This document shows positions 49,965 through 62,800 of a DNA stretch of 64,000 nt, one piece after another. Both the position numbers and the translations under genes were made by a program. The notes under the pieces were generated by a model, which was not told the origin of the DNA, searched no databases, and was given only the letters and a program-made list of their open reading frames with translations. Location: NCBI GenBank assembly GCA_051362555.1, contig CM120647.1:18142651-18206650 (forward strand), given 5' to 3'. Position 1 is the stretch's first letter; every line of letters starts with the position of its first letter. Source of the DNA: Lingula anatina. Taxonomy: Eukaryota; Animalia; Brachiopoda.

Positions 49965-50934
49965 ACACACACATTCATAAAAAAACGGTGGAGTGGATAA
50001 AAGAATTCCACAATATATGCACAGAACAAAACATAAACTACATTAAAACAAAGGAGAATGAAAGAAAGAAAGAAAGACACGGAGCCAAAGAAAAAAATAC
50101 GTAGCATACCTGCATAGGATAAGAATATGCAATATCAGTGGTATCAAACACCCATTCTGTACATTGCTCAGCTACTGTGTCATTTTGGCCGCTAGTCCTC
50201 GAGTAGTTGGTATTATGAAATACGGTGCATTCTTCGTCCGTGACATTTGACATCGTAATGTTGACCATACTTTGGTGCCATTCTCCCTGGATTTCGAACG
50301 TGTCATTTGGAAGACCTGGTAGCTTACATCTTGAAAGTACAAATGATAAAATACCGCAGAGTCGTTCCTATATATAAACATGGTAGATCTACTAGTATGT
50401 GAATATTCTGATATTACGATTGTGATGCTTCATAATATGTTCAGTCTTGAACTAAAGCTTAATATTTTCACTCTTGGTCTCAAACTTCATAATTTTGTGA
50501 AATTTTAATTAACTAATTATCGATGAAAAACAACCAGCATTTAATTATCATATGTTGACAAAACGTATGTTGGATATTCTATTAATTTTTCGGTGGATGT
50601 ACCCAAAAGTGTTTTTTTCATTTTTCACTGATCTTAAAATATATTTTACATTTTTGTACTTTTATGTGTATATTTGATTTTAAATTAAGTACTTTATATA
50701 TAAAGATTTTCACTCCCGTAACAACTACCTGAAACTGGGGGTGTATTCTATGAAGACTATGGACGCCTTCACCATGCTAGCTAACATGCTCACAATCAGA
50801 AGTGACACATATATCAGTCTTTGGTACTTCCCAAATTCCCCTACCAACGTCAAAATGTCGTCAAAGTCCTTGGTGTCTTTGTCATAATTTCCCTCGTTTT
50901 TTTCTCTCTTCTCCTCCATGTGCTGATTTTTCAT
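46030..50934 (-). CDS. SLC22-family (organic cation/anion transporter-like, MFS) protein, copy B
   Basis: Exons 50729-50934, 50110-50329, 49738-49841, 49006-49160, 48556-48727, 47957-48169, 47447-47670, 47031-47215, 46355-46509, 46030-46108. Internal exon sizes 104/155/172/213/224/185/155 match copy A; same motifs. Ends ESTAL-stop. Confidence 0.93.
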
Positions 50935-51610
50935 ATTTTGAAGCTGATTCACTCAAGACGAGAAACTGAAAAAATAAAAATGAATAGAAATGGAGGAAGG
51001 TGCATTTCATTATCACAAATTAACCATTGGTTAACCATTGTAGGACAGAGAAATTCCTTAATTCTGCGACACCGACAACAATTGTTTTGTTATAAGTTTT
51101 GTCCAGTGTCCTTTGACATTAGTGCTATCGTGTAATTTTCTGTGTCCTTGTTCGCAACCTTTATTTATATATTTATTTATTTACGTGATCTACTACCGTA
51201 TTACATATCCCTTTATCAGCACTATGCATGCTAGTCATCTAGTCGTATTTAACGTAAAATAAGTTGTTTAAAGTTATTACTAGGCCCCTGTTTGTTTAGA
51301 CAACAGTCCAGGGGGGGGGGGTAGAGCTTCCACCTGTCCAGGACAGGAGATAGGGTGATCAGTTAGATTACGTATCAAAACTGAGAATAATATAAATATG
51401 AACAACTCTGATACTGGAACTTACATTTAGCAGCTGACTGACGTTGCGTTCTGAAACTGAGACATTTCACTAGGAAAATGACCTGGATGGACTAGTCACC
51501 TGATTTATTGTCATACGGCTAGGAACAGTCTCCATTCTATATGTATAATTATCAGGTTAAACCTGAGGCATCCTTTCTTGTTCAGTGTTTGGTTTTCCAC
51601 CCATTCCCGT

Positions 51611-51663
<53 letters not shown>

Positions 51664-51685
51664 ACCAGGTGACCAGTCCATTCAG

Positions 51686-51832
51686 GGCCCCGTAACTCGA
51701 AACGATCGCGCGTTGCGACCGAGCACAAGCGTCTCGAATCCATAACTCGCCCATACTCGCCCCATATAATGCACTGTAACGTCTATGTGATATCGCTATT
51801 CGCAATGCGCGATGCTTTCGACTTTCGGGGCC
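51686..51832. mobile_element. Harbinger-type MITE with CAG TSD
   Basis: GGCCCCGTAACTCGAAA...TTTCGACTTTCGGGGCC flanked by CAG/CAG. Confidence 0.75.
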
Positions 51833-52413
51833 CAGGTCATTTACCTAGTGGAAAGTCTCAGGTTGAGATCGCAACGTCGGTCAGTTGTCGGTCAGTAAGA
51901 CCGCATTTCCATACCTACATCGATCTAATAGGATCGGCCCATTTCCGAGGGGTTTCTCGCGAAATTGCTTTCAGCTTAAACGGCTTGGATGTCTGGCACG
52001 CCCACTGAAGCTGAGAACCGATAGTCAATTATCCCCTTACAGCTTCAGTAGGTGTGCCAGACATCAGAGCCGCTTAAGAAATTATTTAATTTAAGAAGAA
52101 ATGGTATATAATGTATTCTTTTCAAGTGCAGCGACAGGTCGAACAATGCTTTAAACTTTTAGAAAATTGTCTTTCTTTAACTCAAGGAAAACTAGATATA
52201 TCGAAACAGTCCCAAAATAATCCGGATCGGAAACTTAAACCGTGGATCTGAATAATTTACTCGGAAGTTTCTGTTGAGTGGTACGTATACAGCTACTCAC
52301 CTTCTTGGGCAACGGTCCACGGCTATAAAATAGGATCGAGACTGAATGAGTGAGACACCCTTAATGTTCGTTTTCATGTATCAGGTACCTATATAAGATA
52401 TCTAACAGACAGA

Positions 52414-52672
52414 GGGCCCATTTCCATAGACACCATCGGTCTTAATAGATCGATCCAACTCTGCGGAGTCTTTCGCCGAGCGCAATCAGTTTAAACTGAT
52501 TGACACGCATCCTCTTGGTTCCATCGTAAGTCCGTAAACTCATCAACATTGCCGTATTTTACTCAACGCCAGGAGGAGGCGTGTTAATCTGTTATATTGA
52601 TTGCATTCAGCGAGAGTCCCTGCGGAGTTGGATCGACCTACGTAAACCGATGGTGCCTATGGGAATGAGCCC
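52414..52672. mobile_element. Palindromic MITE (GGGCCCATTTCCATAG...CTATGGGAATGAGCCC)
   Basis: Long imperfect inverted arms with GATCGA cores. Confidence 0.72.
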
Positions 52673-52734
52673 AGAGACCATGGCCAAAAAACACAAAAGT
52701 ATCTAAGCGTACTGAGGGCGAAAATGATACATTT

Positions 52735-52854
52735 AGGCCTTTTGCAGCTATAGATGACTAGATGTTGACTTTTGTTTACTGAAGAACTTGCTGTCCACCA
52801 TTCTTTTGTTTACTGGAGAGCAAACTCTTCTAGTCATCAAGCTGCAAAAGGCCT
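52735..52854. mobile_element. Small Harbinger-type MITE (AGGCCTTTTGCAGCT TIR)
   Basis: aggccttttgcagct..gatgactaga / tctagtcatc..agctgcaaaaggcct. Confidence 0.7.
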
Positions 52855-52968
52855 AAAGATTAACAGAAAGATTGGGAACGCAGCTTATCTTTTTTTATCA
52901 TGTACAATCAGCAGGGACGTTTTTTGATAATGAATAATCAACAGAGGACGGTTCCCATGACCTGACAA

Positions 52969-53047
52969 AATCTATAGTTTATTGAATTATGACTCGATAC
53001 ACTTGTTTGTTGCCCTTTGCAAATAGCATTCGGGTTAGGATTGTGGG
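52969..53047. promoter_or_regulatory. Conserved non-coding block about 2.0 kb upstream of SLC22 copy B ATG (putative cis-regulatory element)
   Basis: aatctatagtttattgaattatgactcgatac...ctttgcaaata, paralogous to 42986-43066. Confidence 0.5.
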
Positions 53048-53488
53048 AAGTTTTAATTCAGGTCGGAGAGGGCTAAACAAAAGGGAGCATTATATCTGCT
53101 GCTTTCCAACTCCACGGCGGCGCTCGCTGATTGCAATTAGACTAACAAACTATAACGCTCCTTAATTCTCTTGGCGCTGAGTTAATTTCAAAGGAGCTGT
53201 TATATGACTACGGTAGGAACATGAGTAGGGGTGTCGGTCTTTTAATCTTATTGCATACAGCGAAAGTCCACCGTGGAGTTTGTGCGCATGCACAGTAGCT
53301 TTTGCTGCCAAAGTCATTGTAAATGGAGCTTTATTAGTCAGCTGATAAACTGAACACTATAGTAGCCTACACGTACAGTCGAACATGCCTCGGTGCAATG
53401 ATATTAAAATGCAACGGCAAGTCCAAGTACATGTATCTGAATATTTGGGAGAGTACAAGGCTGAAAAAAGTTTTTTTTTCAAGAATCA

Positions 53489-53910
53489 TTAATGGCAGAC
53501 GAAGACATGTTATGTTTTCACCCCTGTTTGTCTGTCTGTCTGTTTGTCATCAACATAACTCAAAAAGTTATGGATGAATTTCGATGGAATTTTCAGGGTA
53601 GGTCAGAAATGGGTTAACTTAGAAGTGATTAGTTTTTGGTGGTGATCTGGATCAATTATCAATCAATAATCAAAAATAAAAAACCAAGTTATGGACCGAT
53701 TTTGATGAAATTTTCAGGAACTGTCAGAAGTGGGCCAAGGAACAGATGATTAATTAGTTTTTGGTGGTGGTCCGGTCCAGATCATTAATGAACGATCAAA
53801 AATAAAAAATAAATAAATCATTGAAGAATGAAAATTTAGGGGTGAAACGGCATTTGGTAGTGACTTTGCTGCCTTTGCGGAGATCTGCGCTCTCGGAGTG
53901 CTTTTCTAGT
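53489..53910 (+). mobile_element. Helentron/DINE-1-like element (HINE) with internally duplicated core
   Basis: gttatgttttcacccctgtttgtctgtctgtc; two copies of the aagttatgga...gaaattttcagg...ggtggtga core; 3' end gcgctctcggagtgcttttctagtt. Confidence 0.75.
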
Positions 53911-54235
53911 TTTAAAATGTATTGCAATGAGTACACGCATATAGGCCTACTAGGCCTAATATTTAAGTGTCATCTTAGCTCGGTGTTTGCTTAGGGTGGA
54001 AAGACGTCCACAAGGGTGGAAAGCTGTATCGTAAAAAAAGCCAAATATTAAGGAATGTGTATCATTTGAGGACAAAAAGTCGAGATTTCCCATTATAGTT
54101 AAAAGTCGGTTTATGGAAGCAGTTGTTAGGCCTACTTACGTCTACTTGTTTATGACTGTCAGGCTTGGGTAAGCAATAGCGCTTAGCATGTAGAGGTCAC
54201 TTACAGTTCATTTAAATGGCACTTCGTCAGTCCAG

Positions 54236-54390
54236 GGTCCCGTAACTCGAAAGCTTCGCGTATTGCGAATAGCGATATCACATAGAGGCTATATAATATA
54301 ATAGGACCTATATGGGACGAGTATGGGCGAGTTATGGAATCGAGACGCTTGCGCTCGCGATCGGTCGCAATGCTTTCGAGTTACGGGGCC
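54236..54390. mobile_element. Harbinger-type MITE with CAG TSD (second copy, inverted relative to 51686-51832)
   Basis: GGTCCCGTAACTCGAAAGC...GCTTTCGAGTTACGGGGCC flanked by CAG/CAG. Confidence 0.78.
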
Positions 54391-54546
54391 CAGGACACCA
54401 CACCTACACAGCATATTCCAGGGTAGTTCGTACAACAGTCTTGAATATATTCTGTATATGGAGTGAGAAACCCACTCCCTTCAAAAGATTTATACAGAAA
54501 GATGAAAATTCTCTGGTTCGCTGTGTAAATGTGATTTCCAAATTCA

Positions 54547-54600
<54 letters not shown>

Positions 54601-55786
54601 CAAGTGAAAATTTGGGTAAGTTTTTAATTTCCAGTGATCGAAAAAGGGTCATCGATCACTTTACGCCCCGCATTAGTAGGCCTACTCCTATCGTTTAACC
54701 TCCCCTAACAAAATTATCATGTAACCCGCTTTGATACGCCCTCGCGCCGTAACTCTCCCTAATCTGTGTTTGAATGACGCTTTGAAAATTTTATCACTCT
54801 TTGGTCCCGGTATTTACAAGCACAGTAAGGTTCTTGAAACATATATTATGTTTTAGAACGCACACACAAAATGAGCTAATTCAACGGTTCAAGGTCTCCT
54901 TGTTTGGTGCCTCTTGGGAGTAAATCTTGTAGCTCTTTTGCGATAGAAGTACGAAAAGTAAAGCATTGCGTAAACACAACAACAATAGGTGACTGACGAA
55001 GCAGGAAGGGTGAAACGTTGTCCTAAAGGTAGGTTATCTTTTAGACGATTAAACATAGATCTTATATATATTTTTTTCAAGGGCAATCACAATGCTTAAA
55101 ACATAGACCATAAGCAAAACTTTGCAAGTCGACACTTGACAATCGCTTAGCGTCACACTCACAGGACCAATTTGGACCCATTGGCCCAATTGGCGGTGTG
55201 ACTGAAATGCGCAATACACCGCAATACAGCGCATGGGTATGGTGTTAAATTGGAGTCCTCATATATCCATCTCCTGCACAAGACCATCGTAGTTTGCCAG
55301 TAGGCCAAAAAGTGTATATTAGTATCCTTCTAACAAGCTACTGCATATACTTAGACATATTCGTAATACATATACCTACAGGTATATATACATTTGTACC
55401 AGTACGGTATAGAATATGGCGTTGGATTATTAAATTTAATACTATTTCAACACGTACATGTACATGTGTGTGCTTCTCATTCCAGCAGCTCAGCGCACCT
55501 TTCCGTTCAGTAGAGCCCGAAATCTGAACGTTGCAAGTTCCCCAGCAGACAAAATCAACAAGTATTCCTTAGAAATCGACTTGTTAGAATCGAAGTGATA
55601 CTTTGATCACAAATGTCCGTCACCCACAAGATTTGAAAACTACTGTAGAAGGATAAAGAGTTGGAGATAAACCTAAACAGTTCCACACACAACACATTAC
55701 TACAGTATAAATCAACATTATATTTGAAAAAAGGAGGTTGCGCAGTTAGCCTTGTTTGTCAGTGATACTGAGAAGAAGCTTGAAGG

Positions 55787-57155
55787 ATGTGCAGTGGTCG
55801 TATAGCTCTGGGCTATGTGGCCTGGGTCCTGCTGGGGTTTATGACTGGACTGCACTGGCTGGTCTTTATACCAGGTAAACAACAACAGCCACAACAACAA
55901 TAATGATAATAATAATAATAATTTGATAATAGGAAACGGTGTATGGTGATGTGGATAGTATTTATAATGATTATAACACTGGGGGTCTGGCTTTAAAATA
56001 ATAATAATAATAATAATAACAATAATAATAATAATAATATGATGATGATGATATTGGTTTGTATACCAGTTAAAGTACTGAGAATAGTTAAAGCTGATCA
56101 TGGAGTTATAATAATTAAAGGACAGGTGATTGCTGATGTAACATACATGTTTTATCTCTGAAGAACATTACAGCATCACATATGAATACTTACATATTCA
56201 GTTTTATGCTTTATAATAAAATAAGTAAAATACAAGTGTATGATATAGTACACCTGATATATTGTAATCTTGATCATTTCAGGCCTATGTCTCAACCCTT
56301 ACAGAAGCTATGGCATGTTCAGTTTGTGTGCCATCTTGTCACACATGATAGCTTATTGGGTTGCTAATGTGGCATTTTGGGTCTTTAGACAAACTATGCT
56401 GCCTTGGTAAGTTATATTTATGTATAAAATTTAGTTTTACAAATATTCCTTTTTTTAATCACTCACATCACTAGAATTTTCAGAAATTTAAGTTTATACT
56501 AAAAAAATAGTGCAAAATATATTAAAAAAGTTTTGATTCAGTTTAAAATCTCTATAGTGAAAAAAACGTCAATATTTTTTCTTTGATATGTTTTTTCTTT
56601 GAAATGTTGATTTAAAAAAAAATTGAAAAGTTAGTTTAGTTCATGTCATAAAGTGAAAGTCTGATATCAGTTTTTGAGAGTGATAAATCTTGAAAGAGGA
56701 AAAGATAATAAAAAGTGAGATTTTAGACATTTTAAACTTCATACTGTATCTGTGTCCAATCAGGTATATTCCCTGCAGTGGAGGAGAGGATATGTCACCA
56801 GCCTGTTTGTTTAATGAGCAAGAAACCAGGTGAGTAGTTATATAGTAGACCATATTCTCCCACCCCCATCCCCACCCCACCCCCAGCTAAGCAGATACCC
56901 CCATCTACAACTTCTCCCTCACCAAAATGGTTACGGTAAATCAAAAACAGCAATCTTTCATTTCCAGTGCCTTACATATTAAGATATAACTGTCCTTGTC
57001 TAGTATTTGTATAAGCTGGGGAAATCAAGACAATATATTTAATATTTTTACCTTTGCGCCCTAATCCTAACCAGGGTGGTAGACAGTGGGAAAAAGTCAT
57101 AAAGGTTTTTTTTTTTCTTTTTTTTTTTTTGGTTAACTTTCATTCTTCATTTTTC

Positions 57156-57214
<59 letters not shown>

Positions 57215-57678
57215 TTGTTCTGTGGGTTAATTATACTGAAAGTTAATATGTACTTTTCAGAGAATCCCTTTTTTATCACATCTGTACATTTTCACCAGCT
57301 CAATCTGGTGCAGAAAGTATGATTAAAGCATTATGTTGTTTGTGAGGTTGATTTTCTTGTTTTTTTTAAACCTTTTTTACAATATATATTGAGAGAGAGA
57401 GAGAGAGAGAGAGATTTTATTTAAGATTATGATTGAATATCTCTCTGGTTATTATTATTATTATTATTATTATTTTAGAACTTTTCAATGTATGTTTACA
57501 TTACAGGTACACAGCTTTCTATGTGATCCACCTAATCCTCCTGTTATTCATGTTGATCAAGTGGATCGTGGATGGTTTGTTGCTGTGGTACTGGATAAGA
57601 CGAAGCGACCAGAAAGCTGCTGCGCAAGACGGTCACCATGGGATAAAGTTGCCGCAGTCGGAGTATGGGAGCAATTGA
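55787..57678 (+). CDS. Small multi-pass membrane protein, TM2-domain-like (144 aa)
   Basis: Exons 55787-55874, 56283-56406, 56779-56829, 57507-57678 join in frame: MCSGRIALGYVAWVLLGFMTGLHWLVFIPGLCLNPY...AILSHMIAYWVANVAFWVF...YTAFYVIHLILLLFMLIKWIVDGLLLWYWIRR...SN-stop. In-frame stops lie upstream of the ATG; AATAAA at 58024 and 58035. Confidence 0.8.
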
Positions 57679-58023
57679 TTACTTTTTTCCTATTTTTTTT
57701 TTTTTTGAAGTGATGTACAAAGGAATCCAGTAACTGTGAAGTGCCATTGGAACAGTACCATAAAAGAACGTCATTCCCTTAAAATTTATAATCCAGAGAT
57801 AACAGTGTGTCCAATAGAGGTAGTTATCTATATTTTTTGACTTAGACGGATTTTATAGAAGAGCTTTAAAAACTGATAAGATTCTCAGAATATTTTCTTT
57901 AAAATTTTAATGTTTATACTTTTATCGATTTGTTATATACTGCGTATATATGTATAATTGATATTTATGATACAGAGGATTTCCGTATTTTATTATTTTT
58001 TCCTTTCTCTTGACTTCTTGTAA

Positions 58024-58040
58024 AATAAACAAATAATAAA
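58024..58040 (+). terminator. Putative polyadenylation signals of the TM2-like gene
   Basis: AATAAA at 58024-58029 and 58035-58040 followed by a GT/T-rich tract. Confidence 0.5.
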
Positions 58041-59865
58041 ACATGTTCAGTGTTTTTTATTTATTTTGTAATCAATACATTATCGTAAACATGAAAATTT
58101 CACTTTCTTCTTTTTCATTTATTCAAATTACACATGCACAGACAAACGGCACCTCTAACATTTAATTGATTATAATAATATATGAAATAATACATTAATT
58201 AATTCATACTAAAGAGGGTTTAATTAAGCACATCGGTAAAACGGGGCAACGTCCAAAAGATGCCATTTTCCACAATTTACAAATGTCCCAGGAAAATCCG
58301 TAATTAGTTTTTATAATTTATATTCGCTAACTCTGTGTGTTTGCCTCCCCCCCCCAAACCCAGTTAGAAATTAAAATGTAACTGAAAAAGAAAAGAAAGA
58401 AGTAAAAAAAAACGTTTGACGCTAAAATTTAGCTGCTGTCTTCGTTGAACGCCATGTGTTCAAAAAGGAGATGAATTGCTTTCATCGACCCTGTTTACAG
58501 AAAGTCGACGCTCCTTACCCAACATCAATTTTTTTCTGGTCTTAGACAAAAAACTTACCACTAATAAGACCCCATTCCCAGACCTAGATCGATCTAACAG
58601 GATCGACCCATCTCCGATGGGTTTCTCACAAAATTGCATTAAGCGGCTCTGGTGTCTGGGACGCCTACTGAAGCTGCTAGGAGGTAATTAACAATCGTTT
58701 AAGGACATTGTAACCCTTTATTATCATCCAGATACCGAAAATGAGTTCTTTCCTACATCTATATATTCAATGATACATATATCTTTGTGCTGCTTTAAAA
58801 ACAACAGAAAAACCCTCAAAAATATAAAATATCGGCGTTTATATTTTTCGTTGCAATGTATAAGCATAGGCAACTCAAAGCTTTAATCGTTAATTTAACA
58901 CATTTCTATTTTTAGGTGAGATAGCAATCGATATGGGGTTTAAATTCAACTCCGAACAAGATTTTATCACGAGAATTGGCAGAGTTGACCAGTAGTGTAT
59001 AGGCTACAATTCCGTGCAGTCATTTTGGCTTAAATGTTTTTTGTTCTGGAGTTATGAGTCCCTTATTATAGATTTTCATTAAACAAAGGCATTATTTTGC
59101 TTTATTAACGGAAAAAATCGGAACTAAGACTTTAAAAAATAATCGCTGGCAGGGTTTTGGAGTACTAAATGGTGTCATTAAATCGGCGTTGAACCGATGA
59201 CCGTTGGTGCTTCGAAAAATTTGATAAACCGTTTTTTCAGTTTTTACCCCAAAATCGCAATTATGGCGTCACCCGAAAGATGACATGTGTAAATATTAAT
59301 TAATTTAGTCACTGAACACTGGAGATTTATTTATTACCCAAGAGAAAGTATGTAGGGCAGTTAATAATGAGTTTTGGGCGAAAAATGACAATATCCTCAG
59401 CAGCTTCAGTAGGTGTGCCAGACATCAGAGCCGCTAAAGCTGAATGTAATATAGCGAGAAACCCCTCGGAGATGGGTAGATCCCAATAAATCGATCTAGG
59501 TATGGGAAAGGGGTCTAAGACGCTGGCTCCATACATCTTAGGCCACATTTACAATAATTGACGTTATTGTTTGTGATCTGGGGATGCCTGTTTGTGATTT
59601 CAAACGCCGAATTAACGACTTAAACCGCGCTTTAAATGCGCGAACGTGAAATTTGATTGTTGCATTCACCGCGTAATAGATACCGAACGACTTGGCCAGC
59701 TACCAGTACATTGGGTACGTCCTTTTTTTGCTACTTGATACGTATTTATCGTTATCATATGGGACAAATGTCAAAAGCGTTTCCATTAATAGGTCCACCG
59801 CTTCGCAACACACAAAGTCAGTCCGCTTAAATACATTACTCCAGACAAACTTGAGTGTAATCACT

Positions 59866-62800
59866 ATGCCAGGTTTTCAAGATCTATACGCGTTTTGCCT
59901 CCCATATTTCCATATATTGCTGGATTGGGTGTACCGGGTTGTGTTTCGGACCAGACTGAGTCCTCTCACGGAGGAAAGTCTGTGGAGAAAATTCACCGTC
60001 GAGGAGCGAAGGGTTATCCTGTCAGAAGACCTCACTCGTCGCTGGTGGTACGAAGGATTTTGTATTCTTTTGAAGTGTTACCGCGAAGATGAGACGTTAT
60101 CTGTGGCAGGGAGGAAGGTTGTTGAAACAAGATGGACCGAAGTTCTTCAAAACAGACTGGCCATATCCAGACGTCTGGTGTCTGTTGACATATCAGTGGT
60201 CTGTATTAAACAGAATTCATTTGAAGTCCTGTTTTACGAATGTTTTCCCCTTTAGAACAATATTAGAAAAGTCACAGCGAAATATTACCAAATGAATGCA
60301 CAGTGAGCATCAGAATGTTAAAGGTTGCGTGTTTAATAGCGTGTGTGTCTTCTGCTTACTGCACTTACTGGAGACAGCTCAGCATGCTTTCCACAACAGT
60401 TACAGGTCTGTTTTGAGGGATAATGTCCTTTTCTTCCTGAAGAGCTTCTAGTAGGCGGTTTTCATCCAGAATATGAGGGGGTAGATTCAGTGCATAGTCA
60501 CGATGAAGCTGGTGGTCACCCCAGAAGGCAGAGGTTCTCCATTCCTACACATGGTCACCATTCTTTCTTTATGCTGACCTTCATGTCCAGTTAGTAAAAA
60601 AAAACGCGCTTAACACATTGACATCCTATTGTAAATGTATTACAGTGAATATCATGGTGATATCACGAACACTTACGATGTCATGAATGAAAATAATCAA
60701 ACACAAGCCGAAAATCTTTCATACCATTAGCTTACTTTCAAGCTCACTTAAAATTCCATTTGCATATTAACAAACTAGTAAATTTGGGCATTCTGGTGAT
60801 AAGTAGGCCTACACTCCACGTCATTCACTGACCTTCAAATCTCTAACCTAATAAATGACTTTTAAAAAGAGAAAAGCAGCGGGGTGACCAGGCAGAGCCT
60901 TGTGTGGTACCTACACTTCACTCAAAGCAATCGGTCAGACCAGCAGGGGTGTGTTTTTAGGGTAAAATGTATCCTAACGCTTTTTATGTTTTCTCCGTGT
61001 ATGCCATAATTAGTTAGCCAATGCCACAGTTATGCATGCACTATCTTATCGAAGGCTTTCGAGAAATCTGCGTACTCGTATAAAAGGTATAATACCCCAC
61101 CTCCTTTAGAGAGAGATTTTTCCTTAATAGCATTTTCTGTAAATACTGGTCAAAGGTTGACCGTCGTGTCCTAAATCCACAAACTTCGCTAAAACAAATA
61201 CAAAAGCAACACTGACTTGCACGTAATTTTACTTTATTCTTGGACAGCTTAAAAAACGATTGCTTGTAATTTTGGTAAGTATTCTGCTACACGCAGTCAA
61301 TAGGGATTTTTATCAATATTTATCTTTCTGTGATATTTGCTTTTGAATGGGACAAAGTACCGCCTCCATCCATCTCTCAACGCATATATAACCCTAGACT
61401 AGGAGCTCATTCCCATATATTTTAGATCGATCTATCCCTGTGGGGAATCTCACTTGATAACTGTCAACTTAGCCGGCTTAAGCGTCTGTTCCGCCTACTA
61501 TAAACTGTAAGGGGGTAATTAACTATGGTGCGCGCTCGGCTGACTGCAATTAAGCGTGAACCCCAGGGAGTTAGGTCGATCTAAATCTAAATCTCTGAAT
61601 CGATCTAACTCTCTGGGAATGCACCCTTAGTGTAGAGTATTACCAGAAGTCACTACCTATTATGATGCCATATCACATTCTGCTGTTCAACAGTATCCTA
61701 GGGTGTATTCCCAGAGATTTAGATCGATCCAGAGATTTAGATTTAGATCGACCTAACTCCCTGGGGGTTCACGTTAAATTGCAGTCAGCCGAGCGCGCAC
61801 CATAGTTAATTACCCCCTTACAGCTTTTAGTAGGCGGGACAGACGCTTTTAAGTCGGTTAAGCTGACAGTATATCTAGTGAGACTCCCCACAGGGATAGA
61901 TCGATCTAAAATCTATGGGAATGGGGTCTAATATTGTCAGCCCCAGAAACTTTTTTTCAATCTTTTTACTACATTGGTTATTTCTACCGTTTTATTTTGG
62001 TGCCACATGTACGTAATTGTGTATAAACCCGGTGACATTCGTTGGTATCTTTAAAATATTATGGACATTTTTTTCTCCATGGAAATCACCGTGAAACATC
62101 AGATTCAAAAGGGATTCATGTTCATGTCTTTTATTTTAGTAAATGACTTCAAATATACATATCTTCACTTGTGAATATTCTGTACATCAAGTCACGATAT
62201 ATGTAAATCTAATCCTTCATCAATTCAGACGCCCTGGCTTTCAACCCCCCACCCCCCACCCCCCACCCACCAGCAACGTTATGGTATATGTGATATCAGA
62301 GTTGTTTGACGAAGGCTCGAAATGTCATGAATCATAATTTAAAAGGCAGAAAACATGTTTATTTCACAGGAGCCAAAGCAAATAATATTTTAACGTCATC
62401 ATTAATCGTTGCAGTGTCAGATCAAGAAACCGATATTCATCATTGGACCGGCTCGCTCTGGGACGACCTTCCTTCTGAATCTACTATACGAGGATCCTGG
62501 TAACACTTCACCCAGATATTACGAGACGATGCACCCTGTGGAGGAGGTGACGGTAGAGGGGAAAGAACGAAGACTTATGACCGAACAACGAGCATTGGGT
62601 ATTCTCATTTTCTGTTTTTAATCCAAAAAATGGCTACATAATAAAATAAAGGTAGAGCGCTTTAGCTACTCGTACGTTGCCATCCCATTGTAAAATTTAA
62701 AGAGATAATTGGCGATTGTATTGTTTTTTTTTTTTCTATCTGTAGTTCTTTAGGCTTAACGTCTAACAATTTTTAAAGATTTCGATTTTTAGGAGGAATA

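Noticed and set aside
55718-56101. 127-aa minus-strand ORF with poly-Ile/Leu/His runs
   Set aside because: Produced by (ATT)n/(ATG)n microsatellites and antisense to the TM2-like exon.
59692-59865. Signal-peptide-like N-terminal extension of the sulfotransferase ORF
   Set aside because: Begins at TTG rather than ATG; the first in-frame ATG is at 59866.
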